DNA of 63,731 bases, counting the filler, from Octopus bimaculoides (lineage: Eukaryota): the NCBI RefSeq assembly GCF_001194135.2. It is 5 parts of 5 records of this genome, joined end to end, with 100 filler letters (N's around TTAATTAATTAA, not from the genome) between each part and the next. Parts side by side here need not be neighbours in the genome. Positions count along the whole stretch, not along the records: positions 43,952 to 55,162 come from NC_068985.1; positions 55,263 to 58,509 come from NC_068981.1; positions 58,610 to 63,731 come from NC_068996.1; 2 more parts are not named here. One strand, written 5' to 3'. The stretch's first letter is position 1. Every line of letters begins with the position of its first letter. The notes under the pieces are model-generated. The model did no database searches. It was not told where the DNA came from and was given only the letters and a program-made list of their open reading frames with translations. The position numbers and the translations under genes are program-made. Of the stretch, positions 51,613 to 63,731 are shown one piece after another.

Positions 51613-53167
51613 TCACGACATAGTAATGGCGCATGGCTTAGTAGTCGTGCTCAGCGTCTAGGTGCAATCCTATGTATGTGTGTGTGTGTGCGCGCACGTG
51701 TATACTTCTCTCGCCCTCCAAGTAGTCATTTGTGTTCTGACCAGGTTTTAAAATTTACATTGCATGTCGGAAGTCGAGACGATACCCTTACAACTGAAGC
51801 AGGAGTTGAGGGCCCAAGGAAGAAAATATATCAGATATGTGCTTCCGTTATTAAATCGTGATTATGTTATGTTATTTCTAACAGGCCAAGTGACCGCATA
51901 CAAGCTCCCCTTTGTAGCTCTCGCTTTTTATCTATCTTGCATAGCCCTATATTCATATATATAGGCATAGGTGCATGGCGTAGTGATTTGGATATTGAGT
52001 TCACGATCGTTTGGTGGAAGATTTTAGCATCTTGCGATGGATCGTGTTCTTGAACAATGCTCGCTATTGTGCGTTGCTTTAGCCACACTTAGCTGAATAT
52101 GAGTACCAACAACTGCTGGAGAGTTACCCAGCGACTGACGTCTCGTTCATGTTGTAGGAAGTTCTTAACCTCTCAGTCGCCACGGAAACCGGAATAATCT
52201 CTGGTCTAAGAGGCCTGAAGGCACGAGGTAGTCTTTCGAATTAGCTTATACTAAAGTATCAACGCATCAATAATCGAGGCATGGGCTCATTTCCTCCTCC
52301 CTAGGCTCTCTCACTTTTTATTCGCTTTCATAGCGGCATTCATTTTGCTATTTAAAGCAAGTTCACATTTCTCGAGTTGGTGTATCTGGCTAAATGTATC
52401 ACGGATATGACCTTACCCTCTTTTTTGGTCTTATTCAGAGTAACAAGGACTGGCTTATCCAACTGTTTTTGTTTTGTTTTTTATCAATACAGTAGGATGC
52501 GCTCGTAATTTTTTTCTTTCCAAGATACCCGAAACTGGAGGGATGAAGAACGGAAATAATTCACTCGAATGCTTACAACGGCGTTAACTTCACCCGTATG
52601 TACCAAAGGACCAGAAGGAAGTGTTAAACGATGTGACTGATTAAAAACTCACTAAGAGCTTAAACAAATACCACAAGGTATCTAGTCCAACACTGTACAG
52701 GAGACTAAGGTGTTGCTACCATCTGACCAAGGTACCCCAGTATACGGATGGAAGGGACGACTTACTCTCCTTGTTTCCTGCCTGCTACATAACGTAACTA
52801 GAGCTATATCATTCAATGTTTCTATTCTGCATTTTTAAACAATATTATAGTTTATAAGTTGAAGGCGATTTGGCTGTTCTTCCTAGCAGAGGGAGCTACC
52901 GCCTGGCTATTGAGTACCCATAAGACATTCCAAATGTGGCCATACAGTCTTTTATCCTATTTTCAAGGAACTTAGGATCACATTATCCAACATCGAGAGC
53001 TATTTGCGGGAGTTTCTAACTGCTATAACTAGCATTTTGAATGATCAGATAGAGACTCCCACGTGTAGTTTCAGCAGGTTTAACTTCTTAGAATAACCTT
53101 TACAAATAAAACTCTCACTGACTAAGAGAGAGGGGGGATAGAGAGGGAAAGAGGAAGAAACAGAGAC

Positions 53168-53232
<65 letters not shown>

Positions 53233-53825
53233 GAGTAACACTGAAGAAAGGAAAGGGATTGTAAAGCCAGCCTTCCATACAGATGATGTGCTGTCCCCTG
53301 GAGCATTGATGCAGAAATAATTGTCAAGGGGACACATAAGACGTGACTGACTTTGTGAGAGATAAGAAACGAAATTTTGAGACTTTCACAGGATGTGTGG
53401 TTAGTGGAAAGTAGTGTAAAGGAAGATAGGTGGAAGGTTGGACGGATGGCTTAGTTCTGAGGTTTATATTTTGATGGATAAATATACACGTTTGAATAGA
53501 TGAACGGAAAAGTATTTATTTGTATGAATGTGTGCATATGCGTCTGTATTTTATGTCAAATCTTACATTCGACGCATTTACTAGAATTATTAAATTTGTT
53601 TTTTAAGACTATGTATGTATGTTTATGTGTATGTATGTATGTACGTATACTCTTTTTACTCTTTTATTTGTTTCAGTCATTTGATTGCGGCCATGCTGTA
53701 AGCCTAGTACTTATTCTACCGTTCTATTTTGCCGAACCGCTAAGTTACGGGGACGTAAACACACCACCATCGGTTGTCAAGCGATGTTGTGGGAACAAAC
53801 ACAGACACACAGACATATACACACC

Positions 53826-53865
<40 letters not shown>

Positions 53866-54270
53866 NNNNNNNNNNNNNNNNNNNNNNNNNNNNNNNNNNN
53901 NNNNNNNNNNNNNNNNNNNNNNNNNNNNNNNNNNNNNNNNNNNNNNNNNNNNNNNNNNNNNNNNNNNNNNNNNNNNNNNNNNNNNNNNNNNNNNNNNNNN
54001 NNNNNNNNNNNNNNNNNNNNNNNNNNNNNNNNNNNNNNNNNNNNNNNNNNNNNNNNNNNNNNNNNNNNNNNNNNNNNNNNNNNNNNNNNNNNNNNNNNNN
54101 NNNNNNNNNNNNNNNNNNNNNNNNNNNNNNNNNNNNNNNNNNNNNNNNNNNNNNNNNNNNNNNNNNNNNNNNNNNNNNNNNNNNNNNNNNNNNNNNNNNN
54201 NNNNNNNNNNNNNNNNNNNNNNNNNNNNNNNNNNNNNNNNNNNNNNNNNNNNNNNNNNNNNNNNNNNNNN

Positions 54271-54352
<82 letters not shown>

Positions 54353-54957
54353 AAACGTATGTAAATGTGATTCTGTATAAATATATACTCCGTGCATCCG
54401 CAGACATTGCGATGTGTGAGATAACGCACACACAAACACCCACGTACGCGCGCATACATATACTATAGGAGTTGACCAGTCCAAGCTTAGGATGAACAAT
54501 TTACAAAATAACACAGAAAACTGACCAACACACATACACACAATATTAAGCAACTGACCAACACACACGCAAACAGCGAAATGAAAAAACGGCCGAATGA
54601 AAGAACTGCGCCAGGGCTGTTTCGGACTGGTAATAACAGCGGCAAAATCTCTCCCAACGTCACGTCGCAGTATGTCAGAACATTGTGTAATATTAGTCTG
54701 GGCTACAAAGCTGCCGCAAGTAAGAAGGGGTTGTCATGGCTAGAGCGTGTTTTGTTGTTGTTGCTGTTGTTGTTCTTGTTCTCGTTGATTATGATGATGG
54801 CGATGATGGTGCTGATGTTGTTGATGCTTCTTGCTTCGTTTTTGTTTTCTCTTGCTTGCTGTCATCTCCGAATGGGACAATGCCAGACACTAATCAAAGC
54901 CCTCGTCGGTAAATATAGTTTCAATAAAGATAGTCAAGCATGTATGAATGTGCGTGA

Positions 54958-54991
<34 letters not shown>

Positions 54992-55483
54992 TTATATGAC
55001 TGTATGTATATATATTCTTTTATTCTCTTATTTGTTTCAGTCTGCGGCCATGCTGGAGCACCGCCTTTAGTCGAGCAAATCGACCTCAGGACTTATTCTT
55101 TCTAATTTTAGTACTTATTCTATGCGAATGGTCTTGTATTTACAGATATATATATATATATANNNNNNNNNNNNNNNNNNNNNNNNNNNNNNNNNNNNNN
55201 NNNNNNTTAATTAATTAANNNNNNNNNNNNNNNNNNNNNNNNNNNNNNNNNNNNNNNNNNNNATATATATATATATATATATACAGACACACACATATAT
55301 ATACATATACATACATACATATACATACACATGTGGACATACACAATCATATACACACATGTATATTTACACACACACATACATCTAAATATGGACATGT
55401 ATGTGTGTGTGTTTGTTTGTGTGTTATTACCATTTTACTCGTTTCAGCCATGTGGCTGCAGTCATGCCAGAGCACCATATATA

Positions 55484-56290
55484 TCAGGTTGGTGCAATGG
55501 TCGATTTTAAAGTCTCTATTACAAATGAAAAAGGCCCTTAATTAAGTGAATATTTATTCGTTAACATAATTTCCATTGCTTTCGAGAAATTCATTCCATC
55601 TGTCAACAAGCTGATGAATGCTACATTTGTAAAATTGTTTAGATTTTGATGCGAAATGTGAATCCAACTCATTTTAAACTTCTCCTCTTCATGTGAACCT
55701 AAAGCCATTTAAATGGTTCTGTAGTCCCCGAAATAATCAGAAGGAACAAGGTCTGGAAAATATGGAGGAAGAAGCAATATTTCCCATCCAAGCTCTTCCA
55801 GACGATCTTTTTTCAGTCGAGCTGTGTGAGAACGAGCATTATCATGGTGGAAGATGACACCCATTTTGTTGACTAAACAAGGTCCCTTTCTTTTCAAAAC
55901 AGCTTTCAAATTATTAAATTGATCAAAGTAGGGAATAGCACTAATTGTTTGATTGTTGCCTAACAGTCCGTAATGGACAATTCCTTCAGTATCCCACCAT
56001 ACACTCAACATGATCTACCTTGGATGAAGTCCTCTAGGTAGTTGAACAGGTCTTCCTCCTCCACTGATTCAAGATCGGCGGCGTTTAACGTTATGGTAAA
56101 GGATGCACTTCTCATCACTTCTAGCAAGCCTTCCTAAAAATGGTTCCTTAAGGTGTCGTGAAAGCAATGACTTACAACAAGCAACACACTATTCCAGATT
56201 CTCTGGAGACAGTTCGTGAGGGACTCCTTTTCCAATCACTGAAACCTTTCCGATCCTTTTCAGTTGGCGTAGAACAGTAGTATGAGTTAC
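55484..56290 (-). mobile_element. Mariner (DD34D-type) transposon remnant
   Basis: SDEKCILYHNVKRRR, LHPR, MLSVWWD, HHDNAR, PPYFPDLVPSDY and IHQLVDRW...GNY. The end is TA|TCAGGTTGGTGC at 55482-55495. Frameshifted. Confidence 0.9.
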
Positions 56291-56519
56291 GTTAAACTCT
56301 TCTGCAAGTTCTCTAAAAGTAGCGGTTGGATTTTCTGTGACAACAGCTTCCAACTATTTGGAATCAAGTTGTTTTTTTTTCTTTGCTTGTTTGTTTGTGC
56401 GCATGGGTGTGCGTGCGTGTGCGTGTGCGTGTGTGGGCACACAAAAAGAAGAACGCAGTTCCTGTAACGGACAGAGTTCAACGACCATTGAAAATGTTGC
56501 AAGGTGAAACGAAAACTTT

Positions 56520-57031
56520 ACTAAAGATTGAAGATGAAAGGAAGGGTCTATAGGAGTTGCGTGAGTGCTGCAATGCTGTATGGGAGTGAGACATGGTATC
56601 TGAGTGGGGAGAGATGACAATTTTGAGAAGGACCGAAAGAGCAATGGTGAGAGAAATGTATTGAGTGAAGCTGTTTGATAAGAGGACTGAGGGATTGGTG
56701 GGGATGCTGGGGGTGGAGGAATCGGTGGAACGGCTGGCACGGGCGAATGGAGTGCGGTGGTATGGGCATATGTTGAGGGATGAGGAGCATGTTCTGAGTG
56801 TGATTGAGTCTGTGGTAAACGGACCGAGAAAGCGAGGTAGACCGAGGAAAACGTAGAGGGGACAGGAGGAGGAGGAGATTGGGAGGGTTGGCTTGAGAAG
56901 GGTGGACGCCCAAAACAGGGTAAGATGGTGAGATGGTGTGAGGGCAGTTCCTTTGTGATTGAGGTAGATCTGGCTTCCCCCGGTAACGGGGACAAAACCC
57001 GGATTTAAAATACCGGATGACGATGATGATA

Positions 57032-57089
<58 letters not shown>

Positions 57090-57090
57090 C
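56520..57090 (+). mobile_element. RTE-clade LINE 3' fragment with (GAT)n tail
   Basis: KGRVYRSCV...MLYGSETW, VRWYGHMLR and GPRKRGRPRKT, then a short 3' UTR and (GAT)n at 57017-57089. Confidence 0.85.
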
Positions 57091-57721
57091 ATAAGTAAAT
57101 GAATGGAAATCAGACCAGCGAGTGTGTTAATTTAATAAGGCACTAAAAGAGAATGACTCTCCCCAGACACAATACAATAAACGCAATGCTTTACTAAAAA
57201 CCTTACCGAACAGTATGCTTCACTCAAAAACCTCACCGAACAGTGGCCTGTCCAACACGCCGATGTATGAAAGGACTTGATATAACATATATCATAAATA
57301 TTACGCTTGCGAATGATTAACTTAACCCATCAACTCTCAAACCTTATACCTCGGACGTATCCTTGTTGTGTGATCAACTTTGGGCATAAAAAAATGAGTA
57401 CTTATAATGTAAAGACAATGTCACAAAACTTTAAGAGCATGAAACTATTGCTATTCATCTTCCCTACACAGAAACGCTCAAAAAGTCCCACGTTTGCCAT
57501 TAAATCCCTGGCATTGAAGTCCCCTAGCAGCACTCAGTTGGGCATACAATATATTTTTATCTTCACTAATCTGGTCAGGATAAGAGCATAGGCACTAATC
57601 AGATAAACAAATCGCTATTATTTATTGGGACTGGAAGCTCCTCCAACTTCTTGTGAAGTTTTGCACGAACTGCAAAACCAATGCCAGCCTCGCGGTGCCT
57701 TTCCTTTGAATATATACTAAG

Positions 57722-57881
57722 TGTAGGAGTGGCTGTGTGGTAAGTAGCTTGCTTACCAACCAACGGTTCCGGGTTCAGTCCCACTGCGTGGCACCTTGGG
57801 CAAGTGTTTTCTGCTGTAGCCTCGGGCCGACCAAAACCTTGTGAGTGGATTTGGTAGACGGAAACTGAAAGAAGCCCGTCG

Positions 57882-57939
<58 letters not shown>

Positions 57940-58075
57940 TCCACCAACATGGCTTGACAACCGATGCTGGTGTGTTTACGTCCCTGTAACTTGGTGGTTC
58001 TGCTCGACTAAAGGCGGGTGCTCCAGCATGGCCGGAGTCATTTGACTCAAACGAGTAAAAGAATAAAAGAACTGA
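57722..58075 (+). mobile_element. SINE family A, near full length
   Basis: gtggctgtgtggtaag A-box, gggttcagtccc B-box, internal microsatellite and 3' module. Confidence 0.85.
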
Positions 58076-58124
58076 AATGCTCAACCTTGCTCGGGATTAA
58101 AAGGGCATAGATTTTTTTAAATGT

Positions 58125-58470
58125 TTTACTTGTTTCAGTCATATGACTGCAGCCATGCTGGAGCACCGCCTTTGATCGGAAAGATTCACTACAGAATTTA
58201 TTTTTGAAAGCCTAGTACTTATCAGTGTCTTTTTCCGAGCCACTAAGTTATGGGAACGTAAACGCAGCAACATCGGTTGTCAAGCAATGGTGAGGTTAAA
58301 AAGTACAGACACTCACAGACACACAGACACACATACACACAAACACGGACACACACATACACACACATATACAGATATACACACACACAAATATACACAT
58401 ATATACGACAGTCTTCTTTCAGCTTCCGTGTACGAAATCCACTCACAAGGTTTGGTCGGCTTGAGGCTAT
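58125..58470 (-). mobile_element. SINE family A, tail-to-tail with 57722-58075
   Basis: Reverse complement of the 3' module and of the gtgagtggattt...ctgaaag segment. Confidence 0.75.
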
Positions 58471-58471
58471 A

Positions 58472-58509
<38 letters not shown>

Positions 58510-59099
58510 NNNNNNNNNNNNNNNNNNNNNNNNNNNNNNNNNNNNNNNNNNNNTTAATTAATTAANNNNNNNNNNNNNNNNNNNNNNNNNNNNNNNNNNN
58601 NNNNNNNNNTATATATATATATATATTTCTTTATAAGTAGCAAGTAGCATTTCGTCTGTCTTTGCGGCGTTCCGAATAGTACAGATTCCACCGATGTTGA
58701 TTTTGTTTTTCGTCCTTTCGGTGTCGATAAAATAAAGTAGCAGTTGAGAAGTGCGGTCGATGTAATCGTCTTAGACCCTCCCCCGAAATTGGTGGCCTTG
58801 TGCCGAAACTTGAAACCAACAATTTCGTATAACTTCAGTAAGGCCAATAAATCCTGAAACTACTTAGCGGAGTTGTTTCCCTTGACATTCCTCAATGTCG
58901 TAGTAATTGATTATTGTTCATATATTATATTTTGCAGCACACGAGGAGTTACCTGATCATGGTGATGTGATGACAATGATAATGATGATGGCCTTTACGA
59001 TGATGATGATGATGATGATTATGACGACAATGATGGTGGTGTGACTTACACGACGACGCTGACGAAAACGTAGACGACAATGTCAAAGATGAGGTTACC

Positions 59100-59130
<31 letters not shown>

Positions 59131-59339
59131 CCACCACCAGCATCCACCACCACCGGCACCAGCACCAGCACCAGCACCACCACCGCCGCCGCCGCCGCCG
59201 TCGTCGACGTCATCCTTGTTACTTTCTTATTTCTTTCTTCACATTATTTTTCGAGTCTGAAAATTTCGTATGTATGTATTTCTATCACACTCAACTTTCC
59301 TGGTGTTTGTGGTTGTAATATTCCATCGATATAAACTCT

Positions 59340-59650
59340 TATGAAATAGCTTCGGAGCGTTGTCAGTTGTTTCCTGTCTTGTATTTACTTTTCGGTCCAG
59401 GAACTTCTCAGCTTTAACCTTTTTATGTCGTATCCGTATCTTGTAACAGGGTGGCTGGCACATTTATACTTATAATCTCATTTCTATCATGTAATCTTTA
59501 ATGTTAGTCTGACTCGACAGTAATATACTCTTTCCGAATATTCTCTTTCATTTCTGAGTTGTATCTGAAGAATATCATCTACTCCTTACTATTCACAGGG
59601 CTGGTTCCGATCCACTACTCTGACTTTAATGTCCCCTGTTACTCGAAACT
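59340..59650 (-). mobile_element. R4/Dong-like post-RT fragment
   Basis: The minus strand gives KENIRKEY...RVRLTLK and HPVTRYG, homologous to the EKFKVEYLCRLRLILK region at ~62540. Confidence 0.5.
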
Positions 59651-60559
59651 TTGTGACCGAATCCGAGCGTTAGTTTGTTAGGAATACATAAGCGTAACCA
59701 TCAACAACTTGTAGCGGGTTTCTCTGAAGAATACTATTTGATAAGTGTCGATAGCGACGATGAGCGGTACCCATTCTATAGTTACAGAAAACTACAGACT
59801 AGGGAAGACATAAACAGACAGTAGAGGTTGCCAGATATGTCATGGTAATTGCTACAAACGAAATTGGCATCCAACTATTTTGTTAATGCAAAACAAAGTG
59901 TATGTCCTGATCTAAGTGGTAGCTTTTAAACATTAAAAAAACCGAAGCCGTTGTTCCATCAGCCTGGACTAGAAATGTGACAGGGGAACAAATCAACATT
60001 TCTGATTTAAATGAACAGTGACAGGTTATTTTCTATTCTATTTCAGGCACATGTGTGAAGGCTTTTCAGCGTCATGCTATCCGAAAGTTTGAACAAAGTG
60101 GTAAACTAAATAGTGTAGTCTTTAACGCCTGCTTAAGCAGCTATACCGATTATCATGAAAAATGGTAGGGTAGTGCTTCCTAAGGTGCAACAACTTCGAA
60201 ATAGACTTTACAAGTACAGAAGTTATTTGAGACGGGATTGTCCAAGACGCTCGCAGAGCGAAGAAACAGATCTGCGTGCACTCGTTTAGTATCCGGGAAG
60301 TGCTGACTAGTGGAGACATGTTGAACGCCTGCTGTCACATATGAGATGAATCCGGATATCATTCGATACTTTATGCTTGATTTGCATCATTTCCTTAATC
60401 TGCCACCATGTTAACAAATAAAAGAAACCGTCATTATAATCATCGTTGTTGTTGTTGTTATTAAGATGTATGTGGAACAAAATCCTAGATTTGATTTTAG
60501 ATTTTAAAAAAAAAAGGCAATTAAAAAAAGAAACAGAGAGCCGAGGATCAAGCGATAAT

Positions 60560-60957
60560 AACAAATAACTTGAGTAAAAATGTATATGGGGGAGAATGTG
60601 TCAGAAGAATATAGAATCTGTGAAACTTGGAACGAGACAATGGCAAACGTTGTTGTAGAATGTGCCAAGTTGGCAGAGGAAGAATATAAGAAATAGAGGC
60701 ACGACCAAGTATTGAAACCTTTATACTGGAAGCTTTGCCAGAAATGGAGATTTGAAAATGGTTCTCATGGCAAGAACATCGGGTCGAAAGAGTACTGAAG
60801 TCGGAAAATTGTAAGATTCCGTGGGACTTTCCTATTCAAACGGACAAGAAGTTAGAAAATACTAGACCAGACATAACAATAATTAATAAGGAAAAGCGAA
60901 ATTGTCTACTAATTGATCCATTATGTCCATTTAATTCCAGGATTGTAAACAAAGAAG
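60560..60957 (+). mobile_element. Older R4/Dong-like C-terminal fragment (Zn knuckle plus restriction-like endonuclease)
   Basis: RICE...ET...ECAKLAEEEYK.RHDQV, KIPWDFPIQTDKKLENTRPDITIINKEKRNCLLID. Truncated at ~60957. Confidence 0.75.
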
Positions 60958-63731
60958 ATGGGCAAAAGGCAATCTACGACAGAATAAAGGCAACACCACA
61001 GGAGAACGATAGCGACATTATTTGCAACCTTAAAAAGGCTGATCGATGGAAGTTGAACCAAGAAACGAAAAATGTGAATGATATTCTGAAATACATCAGA
61101 ACAAAAAACATCACAGAAACAAACAACGTGATCAAGGTAGCAAGTATTGTTGTAGCAGAAAATATGGATGTTGATGTCAAGAAAAAGAAACATAATGGGA
61201 GTGACAAAAGAAAAGATCTATGGCGGAAAAGAAGAATCCAGGCAGGGTTAGATATGCTCTCGAAGGAAATTTCGGTGTTAGACCGAAATGAGAAAGTGGG
61301 AGCTTAAAAGCGAACAAAAATATAGGGCGCTGATAAGGAAGTATAATATTGAAAGAAAAGGCCTGAAAGTAGTANNNNNNNNNNTACAACCAGAGTAGAT
61401 CAGAAGTGATTCTACGAAGAAATAAATGGAGAGTACAGATGAAAAGTCGATACCAGATAACATTTGAAAGTTAAAGGTTTTGGAGTGACATCTGGAGCAA
61501 AGACAAATAGCACTGAATGGTTGCAAGAATTGAAACAAACAGTAGTCTGTCCAAAACAGGCAGAACTAGTCATTTCAGTTAGGGAAGTGAAGGAAAAAAA
61601 ATGAGCAACTGGAAGGTTCCGGGACCAGATGGAGTTCAAGGCTACTCGATCAAAAGATTTGGTGAATGTCATGCACGAATAGCTGCGCAACTCAACACCT
61701 TGTTATGTGTCGACCAAGTAACACCAGAGTGGTTGACAATGAGTAGGACAGTGCTGTGCTTCAAAAACATCGAAAAAAGAAATATGGTAGACAATTACCG
61801 GCCGATATCCTATTTGCCACTTAAGTGGAAATTATTGACTGGAGTAGTCGCAGAGTCAATATACAGACATCCGGAAAAAAATGGAGTCTTGCCGCATGAG
61901 CAGAAGGGTTGCAAGCGTAAGTGTAAAGGTATCAATGATCAACTCCTGATAGACAAAACTGTACTTAGAGACTGCAAGAGAAGGAAAAGTAACTTAGCGA
62001 TGTCATGGATCGACTATCATAAGGCGCACAATATGATCCAATATTCTTGGATTATGGCGTGTATGAACCTATTTGGTATTGCATCGAATGATGAGTGATT
62101 GCTTGGAAAACGTATTAGAGGAAAGCGAATTAGAGGACGGACCTGACAGCATATGGAAGAAGTTTAGAGACAATAGAAATCAGGTGAGACATCTTACAAG
62201 AGGACTGCCTGATCTTTGTACTCTGCATCATACCACTAACAAAGGTTGGGTATGTATTCAAAACACGCCAATAAGAAGTCAAACATTTGTTATTCATGGA
62301 TGACCTCAAACTTTATGGTAAAGATAAATCCCTTGTTGATACGGTGTATAACTTCAGTGTTGATATTAGAATGGATTTCGGACTGAGAAAGTGTGGTGTG
62401 TTAGTATTGAAGAAAGGCAAAATCAAATGTATGGACGGGCTAACGATACCGTCGGGGAGGTTATGAAGCAGATAGGAGAGACGGGCTATAAGTACTTGGG
62501 GATTTTGGAAATGGATAAATTGATGGAGAAAGAAATGACAGAAAAATTTAAGGTAGAGTACTTGTGCAGACTGAGGCTAATCCTTAAGTCGAAATTAAAC
62601 GGACGGAATAAGATTGAAGCTTCAACACCTGGGCGGTTTCACTTCTTAGATATGGAGCAGGAGTAGCCGCATGGACAGTAGACGAACTAAACAACTTAGA
62701 TAGAAAGACAAGGAAGTTGCTAACTAGATATGGGTCACTCCACCCCAAAAGCGACACAGACAGACTGTATGTACCAAGAAAAAGAGGGGGGGGAGAGGAC
62801 TTATTGGATGCGAACACAGCATTAGAGCAGAAGTAAACAACATAACATGGTATGTAAAAAATGCCACAGAACCACTATTATTGGAAGTAAGACGATCAGG
62901 TTTATGTAGGATGGAAGATTGCAAAGATAAAGCACTATACAAGGACTTGAGAATAAATGAAACTGAAAATAAAGAAAAGAATGCATGGGCAATTTCATAG
63001 GGATGTTGAAGATAAGGCAGACAGAGAAAAAGATGGCTATGGATGACTAAAAGTGATTTAAAACCAGAAACGGGGGCTCTTATCCGTGCTGCCGAAGAGC
63101 AAACATTAAGAACGAATTACATCAAATACAGAATAGACACATCAGAAAGTAATAATCTGTGGACAAAACGGTGAAACCGTATGGCATATTACCAGCCAAT
63201 GTACGCCACTAGCCCAGAAAGAAAATAAAAGATGTCATGACAATATAGCAAAGATTGTCCTTTGGACACTTTGCAACAAATATGGCCTTGACAGAACAAA
63301 AAAGTGGTACGAACATAAACCCAAAGCCATCCTCGAAAATGATGATACAAAGATACTATGGGATTTTATGATTCAGTGCGACCACGAGATAGAGAGTAGG
63401 AAGCCGGACATAGTCTTAATTGAGAAAGAAAACAAACTATGCTGGATCATAGATATAGCATTCCCAGCTGACAACAAGGTATGCGATAAGTAAGGAAAGT
63501 CGAGAGATATGACAGGTTAGCTTGGGAGGTTAAACAGTTGTGGTCGAGGAAAAAGGTAGCAGTAGTACCATTAATTGTCGGAGCCCTGGGAACAGTGAAC
63601 AAAAATCTTGAGAAGTACATGGAACAAATAGGGGCTGCAATAAGGGTGGAGCACTTGCAGAAAACAGCACTGCTTGGAACCGCTCGAATACTCCAGAAGG
63701 TACTCGAAAAATAAGATGTGTTGCCTTAGTT
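60958..63731 (+). mobile_element. R4/Dong-like non-LTR retrotransposon, 5'-truncated and decayed (RT, Zn knuckle, RLE)
   Basis: KVPGPDG, NYRPI, EQKGCK...DQLLID, WIDYHKA, HLLFMDDLKLYGK, AAEEQTLRTNY, ETVWHITSQC...CHD, WDFMIQCDH...RKPDIVLIEK...IIDIA and QKTALLGTARILQKVL, with stop at 63712-63714. Confidence 0.9.

Noticed and set aside
31132-58565. Four identical TTAATTAATTAA islands as a biological motif
   Set aside because: Each is isolated between N runs and gives six-frame stops, so it is an assembly spacer.
525-59334. The many ORFs rich in YI, CV, HT, LS, poly-N, poly-S, poly-H or X
   Set aside because: They are translations of microsatellites or N gaps, with no domain motifs or splice support.
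1-63731. CRISPR arrays, rRNA or genuine tRNA genes
   Set aside because: No regular repeat-spacer units or rRNA-like blocks were seen. tRNA-like A/B boxes all belong to SINE heads.

Overview
This is AT-rich animal genomic DNA, heavy in microsatellites and assembly gaps. Its SINE families and repeat make-up point to an octopus (inference). The only gene I can identify securely is the 3' part of an Rh50-type ammonia transporter on the + strand: six coding exons (3490-24975) with canonical GT-AG junctions, consistent phases and the conserved pore motifs. Its 5' exons lie upstream of the window. The rest is mostly decayed mobile DNA: tRNA-derived SINEs, mariner, hAT-like and Chapaev3-like DNA transposons, RTE and R4/Dong-like LINE pieces, and many Penelope-like (PLE) remnants. 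The most notable unannotated signal is a set of eight minimal type I hammerhead ribozyme (HHR) motifs. One, with a fully intact core, lies on the sense strand about 560 nt after the Rh stop codon, inside a ~420-bp foldback whose other arm is its own decayed antisense copy. Two more inverted PLE structures follow directly, including a 2.6-kb palindrome. All alignments and folds were done by eye, so repeat boundaries are approximate, and no function is demonstrated.
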